From: a virus
Taxonomy: Duplodnaviria > Caudoviricetes
Length of the DNA: 64,000 nucleotides
Strand: one strand, 5' to 3'
IMG/VR virus record: IMGVR_UViG_3300031853_000013
Span: 27,113 to 91,112 of that record
Shown here piece by piece: positions 15,973-26,180 of this stretch. The notes below the pieces were generated by a model. That model saw only the letters and a list, made by a program, of their open reading frames with translations. It did no database searches and was not told the origin of the DNA. Positions within the stretch are counted from its first letter, which is position 1. Every line of letters starts with the position of its first letter. A program made the position numbers and the translations under genes.

Positions 15973-16016
15973 GGGAAGAGTTTTTGGTGTGACTATTATT
16001 ATGCAAGAGTATCAGG

Positions 16017-18518
16017 TTATGCGGTACCAGTCCAGTTGATCGTAAAGTTTGTAGCGCCCCATCCAGTAGCATATCCAGGAATAGCGTTGGCTTTGCGATT
16101 GATGTTGAATGTTACACCATCACATCCAGCGAACGCAGAAGAGTTGATTGTTGTCATTGTATTCGGAAGATTAACAGTGGTTAGACTTGTGCAATTGAGA
16201 AATGCATTGGTATTAATAGTTTTAAGCACCGGATTAGACGCTGATGATGGTGTAAAGGTTACCATATTACTACACCCTTCAAAAGCGTTCGCATTAATTG
16301 TCGTTACCTTCGGCGGTAATATAAAATCGACAAACCCAACACATCCTCTAAAGCAACCAGTACCAATAGACGTCCACAATGGCGCCGTTATAGAAGCGAG
16401 ACTTGTACAACCATCAAACATGTAAGACGAACTTCCAGTTTGCTTAGAGATCGTTGCTGATTGCAAAGCCGTACAATTCTCAAACGTACTAGCGCCTATC
16501 GAAGTTGGCATAGAAAGGATTATTGATGTAAGACTAGTACAACCGCTAAAGCACTTCTCTCCAACAGTGTAAGTCTTAGCATTTTCGGTAAACGTTGTCA
16601 AACCGGTACATCCAGCAAATGCTTGAATGCCTACGGATGTTACTGCTGTTGGAAGAGCGAAAGACGTTAATGAGGAGCAACCGTAAAATGCCGTCTTAGC
16701 GATAGTCTTTATTGTCGACTGGAGTTCGATCGATGTTAACGATCTACAACCAGAGAAGCAGCCTTCACCAATAGTCGTATACTTTTCACCGATAACCGTG
16801 GTCGACGGATTCTCAGTGTTGACGGTAACCGTTCGTAGATTATAGCAGTCTTGGAATCCGTATGCGGGCATGGTGGTAGTATTACGCGGAAGGGTAATCG
16901 TGACAAGACTTTCACATCCCCGACACATGCCACTACCCATGGACGTAACCGTTTTAGCAATTGGCAAATTCGCTAGATTAGTGCAATTAGAAAACGCATA
17001 GTTACCTATGGATGTTAATTTTACAGTTTGACCGTCTGGAATTACGTATTCAAATTTCTCCATCGCACTGCATTCAGTAAAAGCAAATTGACCAATAGAG
17101 GTAACAGTATAAGGAATGCGTACGGCAGTTCCTTCTGAAACGGTGGCCGTTATACTCGGATATCGAATGTCAATAAGACTTTTACAATTTTCAAATGCGT
17201 ATGCGTCGATAGAAGTAATTAACGAAGACGAATCATCGTAATCTATTATTACAACCGATATGAGCGATTCGCACCCGGAAAACGATGACGCCGGTATTTT
17301 TTTAGGCGTGTCGAACGTTAGCTTGATCGTTTCTAGACTTGTACAATTTTCAAAAGAACCAACATCAGGATTTATTACATCTTCTGATTGAAATGACTTT
17401 AATGATGTGCAATTAGCAAAACCGCTTTCATATACGCGAGTCGGTCTATCGGTCAAGAATACATTGGCGAGTTTTGTACAACCAAAAAACATTTGCGTGC
17501 CAACTGGATAGTACCAATCACTAGAGGCCGGCATTTTTACAGTTTCCAGATTCTCGCATCCCATGAACATAGAACTAATGCTATTTACGCCATTGCCGGT
17601 CAATGGCATGTTGTCATCGGAATAGTCTAAGTGCGTGAGATCAGCATATGTCAATTGCTTACAGTCTTTAAACGCGCTGTCATATATGTCTATAACGCAA
17701 TGTGACCCATATACCATCTCGTCTTTTTCTGGTAAAACCAACTGTGTAATAGCGCTACCTTCAAAAGCGCTTTCCCCGATGGTGTATATCGTTGGCGTTA
17801 TAATATTACTAACATTAGTTAAACCAGTACCTTTAAACATGCTGTCGGAAATAAACCACAAATTTTCGGGCATATCGACGGTCGTCAATGATTCACAGCC
17901 GTCGAACATAGATACGTACGTATCGCGAGCGTAATCGTCTGGCCATAACGAACCACCAGACATACGCTCTTGAACTATTTCTGAAGCCGTTCTAATATTC
18001 ACGTTAGTCGGCAGATCAATCTCGGTAATCGATTCACAACCCTTGAAGCAGTGTTTTCCGAATGTAACGTTATTATCTGGAATCTCGATCTCAAGAAGAC
18101 TGGAGCAATTTAAGAAAGCATCGTCCTGTATTTCAATTGTCCCTTCCGGAATAACGATCGACTCGATTGAAGTAATACCCTTGAACGCTTCGCTGCCGAT
18201 TACTGTACACTCGGTGGGAATAATCGCACTGATCGTGTTGGTGCTAAGTCTAAAAGTAGTCGGATCACTAATAAATATTGCACCGCTACTACTTCCGCCT
18301 TCTTGTTGAGAAAGCTTGTAAAGAGCGTCGTGAATAGCCATTCGAATATCTTTTCCGTACGTCCCTTCACGAATGACCGCTAACTCGCCTTTAATTGCTG
18401 ACCCAGGATACATGAGTTTTACCAGCTTCTCTAAAGCTGAGTCGACATTGCTTAGTACTTCTTCCCCGCCAGGTTTAGACTTTATAGCATCAAGTTGGGA
18501 ACTAATATCAACTGCCAT
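16017..18518 (-). CDS. BspA-type leucine-rich repeat (LRR_5) protein
   Basis: many IGxxAFxxCxSLxxI repeats; N-terminal GTYGKDIRMAIHDAL module. Confidence 0.9.
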   Translation of the reverse strand: MAVDISSQLDAIKSKPGGEEVLSNVDSALEKLVKLMYPGSAIKGELAVIREGTYGKDIRMAIHDALYKLSQQEGGSSSGAIFISDPTTFRLSTNTISAIIPTECTVIGSEAFKGITSIESIVIPEGTIEIQDDAFLNCSSLLEIEIPDNNVTFGKHCFKGCESITEIDLPTNVNIRTASEIVQERMSGGSLWPDDYARDTYVSMFDGCESLTTVDMPENLWFISDSMFKGTGLTNVSNIITPTIYTIGESAFEGSAITQLVLPEKDEMVYGSHCVIDIYDSAFKDCKQLTYADLTHLDYSDDNMPLTGNGVNSISSMFMGCENLETVKMPASSDWYYPVGTQMFFGCTKLANVFLTDRPTRVYESGFANCTSLKSFQSEDVINPDVGSFENCTSLETIKLTFDTPKKIPASSFSGCESLISVVIIDYDDSSSLITSIDAYAFENCKSLIDIRYPSITATVSEGTAVRIPYTVTSIGQFAFTECSAMEKFEYVIPDGQTVKLTSIGNYAFSNCTNLANLPIAKTVTSMGSGMCRGCESLVTITLPRNTTTMPAYGFQDCYNLRTVTVNTENPSTTVIGEKYTTIGEGCFSGCRSLTSIELQSTIKTIAKTAFYGCSSLTSFALPTAVTSVGIQAFAGCTGLTTFTENAKTYTVGEKCFSGCTSLTSIILSMPTSIGASTFENCTALQSATISKQTGSSSYMFDGCTSLASITAPLWTSIGTGCFRGCVGFVDFILPPKVTTINANAFEGCSNMVTFTPSSASNPVLKTINTNAFLNCTSLTTVNLPNTMTTINSSAFAGCDGVTFNINRKANAIPGYATGWGATNFTINWTGTA

Positions 18519-18538
18519 TTTGATTCATCTCCTTCTTA

Positions 18539-19312
18539 TTACGGATCCCACTCAACGGTGGCATTTGTAGCACCCCATGGAGCATAGGAAGAACCTGTTA
18601 CCTGATCGGCAGATTTACGAATAACAAGCCGACTGATTCCTGTACAGCCAAAGAAAGCCTGCTGCTGTATTTCCAATACTGATGACGGAATCTCTACAGT
18701 TCCACTTATAAGATCACAATTGGCGAAACATCCATTTAGAAACCGCTCGGCACCGTTTTCAAAAGCGAGTTCAGTTATTCTTGCGTTTTGCAAACACCCG
18801 CCTTCGAATGTTTTAATGTTACCGGGAATGGGTCCTCCTATATCCACCAAGCTAGATCCATCGATACTAGCATATACACCTGCTGCCATAGTCGCAATAC
18901 TTCTTGAGAAATTTGCTTTAGTTAGCATAGGACACAAAGACATAAAACCACTAGCCATGTCGGTTATTGCATCGCTAACATGACACACATAAACATTGCC
19001 AAACGATATATATTGAGCCGGTGTTATGCCAGTCGAAGTAATCTGAGACCCAAAATGTAACTCCAGTCTAGGATATGCTACTGGATTATTGAATTGTGAT
19101 CTTAAAGCCGTTGAAACTTCTGAATGATCGGTAGACGCTAATAAAATATCGATCGGCTCTAATTCCTCATTAAGAAGTAGAATGCTAACCTTTGTCTCGT
19201 CAATTGTTATTCCCGGACTTACAGGACTAAAACGCTGCCATAAAAGCTCGTTATCTTTGTAGATCTTCTTTAGGGGTATCTGACCGTAATAAATGTGTGG
19301 ATTATATATCAT
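18539..19312 (-). CDS. short BspA-type LRR protein
   Basis: IPSSVLEIQQQAFFGCTGI; C-terminal APWGATNATVEW; start moved to MIYNP. Confidence 0.75.
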   Translation of the reverse strand: MIYNPHIYYGQIPLKKIYKDNELLWQRFSPVSPGITIDETKVSILLLNEELEPIDILLASTDHSEVSTALRSQFNNPVAYPRLELHFGSQITSTGITPAQYISFGNVYVCHVSDAITDMASGFMSLCPMLTKANFSRSIATMAAGVYASIDGSSLVDIGGPIPGNIKTFEGGCLQNARITELAFENGAERFLNGCFANCDLISGTVEIPSSVLEIQQQAFFGCTGISRLVIRKSADQVTGSSYAPWGATNATVEWDP

Positions 19313-21101
19313 CTGGTAATGGTGCCCCCTTCCATATGATTTGGCAATCTTCCGGCAAGTAATCAGTAATGGTTGGCGCGTGACCTTCTTTATATAATTT
19401 AGGCGTCCATACATCGCCGTTGGCGTCCATAATACTGTCTTCTTCCCTATAAATAATAATCGTCTTCAATTTAGTACAGGCATGAAAAACGCCAAGCTCT
19501 GTAGAGAAACTTTGCATTTTAGCGGGATCATCCATAATCTGTGCTACATCTTTTCCTATTATAACGGTTTCTAACTCGTAACACCACCTGAATGCACCCT
19601 TTTGTATAACAGTTGGTCCATTGGGGATGATAATCGATGGTAGACTATAGCATCCCGAAAATGCTTCCTCACCAATTTCAGCGACTGTTGACGGTATACT
19701 AACATGTGCAAGCGAGGTACAGTGCTCGCATACCCCGTTTGATATAGTGCGTAGCCCCTTAGGGAAATCAAGGCTCTTTATAGAACGACAATTATAAAAA
19801 GCTCTTACACCAATGTTGGTAACGAATGGGGGTATTACAACATTATCCAACAAATAACATAGTGCAAACGCATTATCGCCTATAGTGCCTAAGTCTGAAG
19901 GTAAATCAATGGTCGTTAGAGATTCACAACCAGCGAAGGCCTCTTGCTTAATAATCAGTACGGCGTTTGGTATCTGAATCTCCGGCAATTCCCTACAATA
20001 ATAAAAAGCCCGTTCACCGATACTTTTGCAGTTAACTTCGTCCTGTAGCACAACGATTTTTAGTTTATAACAATATGCAAACGTGTAATCATTAATCGTA
20101 TATTGTGAGCCCGGGTGTGCTACGACCGTTTCAAGATTACCGCACGCCTCAAACGAATGTGCGCCTAGTGATGATGATAATGCGTCGAATTCTACACGCT
20201 CCAATTCTTCACAATAGCCAAAAGCGTACGGGCCGATATAATGAACCTGACTCAAATCAATATTCTTCAGCTTCGAGCACGTCATAAACGCCCGTTCGCC
20301 AATACTATTAACCTTATTGATATCAATCGTAATTAATCCGCTTCCATAAAATCCTTGATACTCGATTGTCGTTACGTTATCCGGAAGATGTACGTCATCT
20401 AATATAGTACAACCGTAAAACATGCTATAAGATATGACGCTCAATGAATTACCGATAGTAATGGATTCTAACCGATAATTAGATTTGAATTCCGATCCGC
20501 GTGACGACGAAATAACGCATCTATTGGGTATAGCCACCGAACGTAACTGAGTAGATTCGAACGCTCCGTTATAGATTTGCAGCTGTATATCTGATTCTGA
20601 AAACGTAAGATATTGCAAGGCACTACCGTTAAAAGCGGCGGATGAAATAACACGTACTGTGCCAGGAACATGAAAAGCTACCATATTAGGACATGATTGG
20701 AACGTTCTTTCTGACACGGCCACTACTCCACATTCCTCGCCAATCCAGATACGGTACATAGCGTCAGGATCGTTCTCGTAATACTCATCGAGCTTTGCAC
20801 GGGCTTCGGAGAGTGTCTTACAATAGAAAATATCATCGGTATCTGCGTCACCATCTAGCATAATTACGGAAATCCAATAGTCTTTCCATACCGGTTCTGT
20901 TGGATCATATATACAATATGCAACATTCTGATCCTTTACTTCTAAAGCATCATACTCCTCTTGTGTCATAAGCATTTTTGTGGTAGCTTGGAGACCGTGG
21001 TTGTAAAGTATCCAAAGAGCATCTGAAATAGGCCCCCGAATATCTTTACCATATGTACCCTTATGGATTTCTCGTCCTTGTCCCTCTATATGTACTGCCA
21101 T
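19302..21101 (-). CDS. BspA-type LRR protein
   Basis: LRR_5 repeats; GTYGKDIRGPISDAL and TQEEYDAL modules. Confidence 0.9.
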   Translation of the reverse strand: MAVHIEGQGREIHKGTYGKDIRGPISDALWILYNHGLQATTKMLMTQEEYDALEVKDQNVAYCIYDPTEPVWKDYWISVIMLDGDADTDDIFYCKTLSEARAKLDEYYENDPDAMYRIWIGEECGVVAVSERTFQSCPNMVAFHVPGTVRVISSAAFNGSALQYLTFSESDIQLQIYNGAFESTQLRSVAIPNRCVISSSRGSEFKSNYRLESITIGNSLSVISYSMFYGCTILDDVHLPDNVTTIEYQGFYGSGLITIDINKVNSIGERAFMTCSKLKNIDLSQVHYIGPYAFGYCEELERVEFDALSSSLGAHSFEACGNLETVVAHPGSQYTINDYTFAYCYKLKIVVLQDEVNCKSIGERAFYYCRELPEIQIPNAVLIIKQEAFAGCESLTTIDLPSDLGTIGDNAFALCYLLDNVVIPPFVTNIGVRAFYNCRSIKSLDFPKGLRTISNGVCEHCTSLAHVSIPSTVAEIGEEAFSGCYSLPSIIIPNGPTVIQKGAFRWCYELETVIIGKDVAQIMDDPAKMQSFSTELGVFHACTKLKTIIIYREEDSIMDANGDVWTPKLYKEGHAPTITDYLPEDCQIIWKGAPLPDDI

Positions 21102-21120
21102 TTTGAATTTTCACCTCCAA

Positions 21121-21939
21121 TTATCTAAGCCACACAATCTCAGCGTCTGGTGCTCCCCATGGCGCTCCTTCTATGGAGTCTGCTTCCTTATCGATAACGA
21201 TTGTTTTCAATGAGTCACATCTTTGAAAAGCATTTTGCCCGATGGCTGTCACAGAATTTGGGATCTCAATTCGTTCGAGATTTTCGCAATGAACAAACGC
21301 TCCGCCTCCAATGTAAAGTAAACCATCATTTAACTGTATCGACTCTAGTGTGGCTAGTCCCTGAAAAGCACTGTTATCGATATATCGGAGTAGGGGGTGG
21401 CATATGAATTCTTTTATCGCTACATCGTCATTGAATAACCCGAAGGAAATCGTGTCCTCAGTAATGTCATCAAATGCTCGAACATAATATTGAATATTCG
21501 TCGACACCCCTTCATCTTCGCTATAATTCTCTTTAAGATATCTACTAAGTGCAGTAAGATTCTGGAATTTATACGCATTACCAGTCCGTACTCCGGTATT
21601 ATTATCGTATTCTATCGCTACGATGGAATACGGTTCCACAATGCCGTACAAAGTATCTGGATCTGGAGCAGGAAGCCCGTCATAGGCCTCCTGTGTCTCC
21701 TCAACAATCTCCAGATTTGGATCCATAACAGACTCTGCCATCTTCAGGAGCGCGTCATGAATCGCCATTCGAAGCTTTCGACCCTCCGGAGAGGTGGCGA
21801 TTATAGACAACTCCTCATGAATATCTGCTTTGACGTACATTGTGGTGTTAAGAATCCTCATCGCCTCGATGATTGCGGCCGCTACAGGTTCTCCCAACGC
21901 CTGATTGTCCACGATATCGAGTTCATCTATAAATGCCAT
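21121..21939 (-). CDS. short BspA-type LRR protein
   Basis: LRMAIHDAL, TQEAYDGL, IPNSVTAIGQNAFQRC, APWGA. Confidence 0.85.
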   Translation of the reverse strand: MAFIDELDIVDNQALGEPVAAAIIEAMRILNTTMYVKADIHEELSIIATSPEGRKLRMAIHDALLKMAESVMDPNLEIVEETQEAYDGLPAPDPDTLYGIVEPYSIVAIEYDNNTGVRTGNAYKFQNLTALSRYLKENYSEDEGVSTNIQYYVRAFDDITEDTISFGLFNDDVAIKEFICHPLLRYIDNSAFQGLATLESIQLNDGLLYIGGGAFVHCENLERIEIPNSVTAIGQNAFQRCDSLKTIVIDKEADSIEGAPWGAPDAEIVWLR

Positions 21940-21959
21940 TTATACCCCTCCCTCATAAA

Positions 21960-22223
21960 TTAAACGGTATGCTTAACTCTATCGGCTTCTTCGGCTCGCT
22001 TACCGTCGTTCCAGCGGCCCATATCGCCTACGAGATATCCGGTGATGCGACGAATGCGCTCGAACGGAATATCCTTGAGTGTCCATTCCAGATCAACGTA
22101 CTCGCCGTCAACCTTGATAGTAACACTCTCGAGTTCTCTCTTGCCGACCTTCTCCTTGACATAGTCGACGTAAATCTTCTTTTCATCAGGGTGAATAGCT
22201 TCACCAATAACTTTTACTTCCAT
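21960..22223 (-). CDS. stand-alone NrdD C-terminal glycyl-radical domain protein
   Basis: FERIRRITGYLVG...WNDGKRAEEADRVKH matches the class III RNR C-terminus (RxxGY). Confidence 0.8.
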   Translation of the reverse strand: MEVKVIGEAIHPDEKKIYVDYVKEKVGKRELESVTIKVDGEYVDLEWTLKDIPFERIRRITGYLVGDMGRWNDGKRAEEADRVKHTV

Positions 22224-22247
22224 TTTGATGACCTCCTTTGGGATACT

Positions 22248-22719
22248 TTAAGCGAATACGCCTATTATTGAGACCTTAGCTGCAGCCCCTTTTGTACTGA
22301 TAGTCATTGATCCAGTGCTCGGCGTAAAGCTATAATATTGACCGTTGACGTTGGGACTACTAGCTCTAAAGCTTACTATTAGATAGCCACTGATATTGCT
22401 AGTAACACCCATGTCTGATAACGGACACGGAAAAGCAATGTAATGCTCAGAATAAACACTGTTATATGCCATTTGACCAAAAATATAAAGTGTGTGAATC
22501 TGATTGTAATATACAGCATGCAAATCGGCACTTGAAACATTGTAGCTAGACGTTAGGTCATAAATTTCTATACCACTCGGAATCCCAAGAATATCATTTG
22601 GAAACTCCTCAAAGCCATCGTTCTCGCCAACGACCCCCCATTGTGGTGATGGCATTAGCGATATCAGTTTTGGCTGTAATGAGCCTGGAAAGGTTTTCTG
22701 CTATTGTGTGTTCAGGCAT
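22248..22719 (-). pseudogene. tail-associated protein gene frameshifted at a G6 run
   Basis: GGAGG SD and ATG at 22719 give MPEHTIAENLSRLITAKTDIANAITTMG; the rest continues in the +1 frame after G6 (22634..22639). Confidence 0.65.
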
Positions 22720-22734
22720 TTTTAAGACCTCCTT

Positions 22735-25700
22735 TTAAGATATACTGATGAATAATCCGTTATTAAAATGTAGTGTACTTGTGGTACCGTCAGGGTTAGC
22801 AACGGGTATATCACCTGTAGCGCCATATGCACCACCCCATCCAGCAGGATAAACAAGACCGTTTAACACTATAGGACCATCGAGTATTATAGGACCGTTA
22901 CCAGTCGCAACTATTCGAATACCGGTGGCTCCTCCTTGATATACGTCACCCATGTAAATTCTTCCGGCTACTGTCCACGGACGCTGAGTGTCTGGTGGAT
23001 CATTATATACGCTTCCTTCTATGATACCATCATTGATCATAATTTGACGCGTCTGGCCACCATAGTCTGCCGCTATACCCTGCTGCAATATACCTTTATC
23101 CTTGTTTATTTCGACCATGTTTCCATGATCTTCATCTGATCCCCAAGGCAGTTTTGTTGGACTCTTGATGATTATCTGACCATCTGGATGGTCCTGGTCA
23201 CCACCAACGCCAAGAGTCAGCGTGCCACCCAGAATTTTATCGGCGTACATGGTGCCAAACAATGCAGAGTTTGCAAGAATCTGGCCGGTACCGTTAGCGA
23301 GTGTAATTGTTGACGGATTTCCGACACCGTTGCCATAGAATACTTGACCATTTGCGTTAATGAGCAAGCATGCAACGTCTTTCATTGGTCCGTTCGGATC
23401 GCTAATATCACTCCAACGAGCACTTGGATAGTCGCCAGTATAATCAACATAGTATCCTTCGGGTTCTGGATGGAGTTCATCCGGGGCATGCCATACCTTG
23501 AAAAATCCTATACCAGTCGGTTGATCAGCGTCGTTTGTTACTGTGACAACTGCACCAGTCGCAAAGCCATCAATAATAGCGGCTTCAGCATTCTTCCTGG
23601 CCTCGCTTAAAATATAACTCTGACTAGATCCAGCATTAATCTTTGCTAGAAGTTCACTATTGGTGTTATTGTTAATTGAGGTAAGCGTCTGTACCGTTTC
23701 AGAACCGAGATCAAACTGCATATTCTCGGGCTTGTTGAGCGGAATATCAAGAGAGCTAATCTCGAAGAATCGTGCTAGACCATGCGGACGAGAAGATACA
23801 TAGATATACGAGTTAACGTCCAGAGCATCTGTGTCAACGCCAAGGATACTCAGATCAAGCGCCTTTACGGACAGGGTCATCTTATCAAACTGACCGGATG
23901 CAAGATACGTCTTTGCCTTGTAGTAAAGCTCGTCGGGATTCTCGCACTCATTGAACGTAACGACCTTCTCAATCCAACCGTATTCCTGAAGAGAGGAGTT
24001 AGCGGGTTCGTACATCGACGGAATGCTCGCACCTTGCTCAAACATAAGCTCTGATACTGCACTGATGGCTGTTACTTCATCCGCCACATCGTCGTGAGAC
24101 GAATAGAACATGAACTTAACCTTGGATCTGATTTTCTTGCCAGCATCGTCGCCTTCTTCATATTCGCCTCTATCGGGGATTGTGATTTTAGCTCCTGAAT
24201 TATCTGTCATTTTAATCCAATCGGTACTATCAGCATAAGTTCCGTCCTCGTTATAGAAGAACGCCTTAACGTTAATCACACGAGTATCGTCAGCGGAGGT
24301 TTTTGTAGTTCTACCATGAATGAGATAATCACCGGGCTCGAAACCAATTACCTTACTATCGCGATTAAGCGTGTACACGAAGTCTGCCGTGCGAATTTTA
24401 CTCATATCGGTAACTTGATTCGGTTTACCAATGAGATCACCAGACTCGAACAATCCACCCTGCTCCATTGACGAATTGAACAGGTTCTTAGACTCAGCTG
24501 TTACGTACAAGCTGCCGTGTTTTTCACCCTTGGTAACCACGAGCTTCGTGACATACTTAAGACCGGTCTCTGGATCGACAACTGTGGGGTCTGGGAATTC
24601 TGCAGTAGACGTAGCGTATTTGAGCATTACCTTTATCTTATACGTAGTGTTACCATCCTCGGGAAGTGTAAATCGAGCAGGTAACGTAAGCCACTCAGTA
24701 TTTCCCTTAAATAGTCCTGCATAAGTATACCACAAAACTCTAGCCTGCAATATCTTATCCTCGGTAGTAGCGACATTTATAGAGTACTGCCCGTTTTCGA
24801 AAAATGGATATGTGCTACCATTTTGAATGAAATTGGCCGATCTAATAAAGTGCCTATCTACTTCGCCAGTTTCTCCAGGATTATCCTCACCTTTCACGTT
24901 GAGCTTGCCGTATTCGAATCCTGGCAAATCTCCTTCTCCAGGCACACCGTCAGTCAAATTTATCGTAGAAACAAGTGCATCCTCAGCGGTATAGTATTCG
25001 TCAAGCTGATCGGTAACTTGTGCTGATACATTTACTCGAAGCTGAATATCGCCACCGAACGAGCCGACGGTCAGTACATAATATTGATCAGTCGTGCTCA
25101 CTGGCACCTCGACAGCTTCTTCGACCATATCGGAAAAACCGAGAGGAACCGACGAATATTTACCTGATGTATACTGAAGTGCAGGATCCATGGTCTGCCA
25201 AGTATACATACCCCATCCGGCGTGCATACGAGAACTGATGTAAATTGTGTTTCTTACTTCGTTTGTAGATGCTTTGATCTTCAGAACGGCGGTAGAATAG
25301 CCTTCCCACCCAGGTTCTCCCTCATGTTCTCTGTTGATGATGTCGCCGCCAGCCTTAATATCGGCTTCTGTATTAATATACGTGCCAAGGGTTTTTACCT
25401 GTACAATTCCCCAACCGCGATCGCTATCATACCTACCAGCGCCCTCCGGATCGAGAGTCAGATCAATCGCATCGCCAATTTGTGTAGTATTTGCGCGTGT
25501 CTTTACTGCACCAAGGGGTACAATGACAGTAGCGAGTTCAGACATATCGAAATTCGAAGTATAATCGAGAAGGTTCTTGCCGAATTCGACAGACTGGGTA
25601 GACGAGCTGATAACGCCAGTAAAGAACTTAATGTAATTACCGTATACTCCGTCTATTGTTTTCTTCTCGATCTTCATATGACAATTGTAATCCGTACATA

Positions 25701-26178
25701 CCTGATTGAGAACCTCGAGTGTCTGTTCAAACTGTGTTGCTCTATATTCGATGACACCACCTTCAACCGCCTGGTATTCAAAGTAGATTTTACGGTTGTC
25801 TGGTACTTTTGAGTTATGAATATCAATAACTGACTTGATGAACTGTTCCAAAGTCACGTTACGGTATTCTCTCTGGGGCTGACAGGTATCATTGAAGTAA
25901 GCAAGAGCGCCCTCGCAATAGATGTGACGGTTCTTCAGAAAATCATAGCTATCCTCAATGATTCTGCCTTCCCAGATTTCTTTATCGTTTCGCTTAACAG
26001 TAAGCGTTGATTTCATTCGTTTAAGTGTGTCATATCCAACATTGACAGGAGGCAGGACCGCGTCTAACGATCCTGCTGCACTGTCTGCTATTTTGAGCAC
26101 TGGGGAGTCCATCTTGTACTCAGGTGTTGGATATCGATCATTGTATATGCATACTCCATCAGCGTATATACTATACAT
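22735..26178 (-). CDS. tail tip / Tal-like minor tail protein (prophage tail family)
   Basis: position after Dit; IWEGRI...CEGALAYFND, EFGKNLLDY motifs. Confidence 0.85.
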   Translation of the reverse strand: MYSIYADGVCIYNDRYPTPEYKMDSPVLKIADSAAGSLDAVLPPVNVGYDTLKRMKSTLTVKRNDKEIWEGRIIEDSYDFLKNRHIYCEGALAYFNDTCQPQREYRNVTLEQFIKSVIDIHNSKVPDNRKIYFEYQAVEGGVIEYRATQFEQTLEVLNQVCTDYNCHMKIEKKTIDGVYGNYIKFFTGVISSSTQSVEFGKNLLDYTSNFDMSELATVIVPLGAVKTRANTTQIGDAIDLTLDPEGAGRYDSDRGWGIVQVKTLGTYINTEADIKAGGDIINREHEGEPGWEGYSTAVLKIKASTNEVRNTIYISSRMHAGWGMYTWQTMDPALQYTSGKYSSVPLGFSDMVEEAVEVPVSTTDQYYVLTVGSFGGDIQLRVNVSAQVTDQLDEYYTAEDALVSTINLTDGVPGEGDLPGFEYGKLNVKGEDNPGETGEVDRHFIRSANFIQNGSTYPFFENGQYSINVATTEDKILQARVLWYTYAGLFKGNTEWLTLPARFTLPEDGNTTYKIKVMLKYATSTAEFPDPTVVDPETGLKYVTKLVVTKGEKHGSLYVTAESKNLFNSSMEQGGLFESGDLIGKPNQVTDMSKIRTADFVYTLNRDSKVIGFEPGDYLIHGRTTKTSADDTRVINVKAFFYNEDGTYADSTDWIKMTDNSGAKITIPDRGEYEEGDDAGKKIRSKVKFMFYSSHDDVADEVTAISAVSELMFEQGASIPSMYEPANSSLQEYGWIEKVVTFNECENPDELYYKAKTYLASGQFDKMTLSVKALDLSILGVDTDALDVNSYIYVSSRPHGLARFFEISSLDIPLNKPENMQFDLGSETVQTLTSINNNTNSELLAKINAGSSQSYILSEARKNAEAAIIDGFATGAVVTVTNDADQPTGIGFFKVWHAPDELHPEPEGYYVDYTGDYPSARWSDISDPNGPMKDVACLLINANGQVFYGNGVGNPSTITLANGTGQILANSALFGTMYADKILGGTLTLGVGGDQDHPDGQIIIKSPTKLPWGSDEDHGNMVEINKDKGILQQGIAADYGGQTRQIMINDGIIEGSVYNDPPDTQRPWTVAGRIYMGDVYQGGATGIRIVATGNGPIILDGPIVLNGLVYPAGWGGAYGATGDIPVANPDGTTSTLHFNNGLFISIS

Positions 26179-26180
26179 GA

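Noticed and set aside
13388-16010. CRISPR array or integron attC array
   Set aside because: The repeats flank whole ORFs at irregular spacing and resolve into promoters and terminators. No cas or integrase gene is present and I saw no attC-type core sites.
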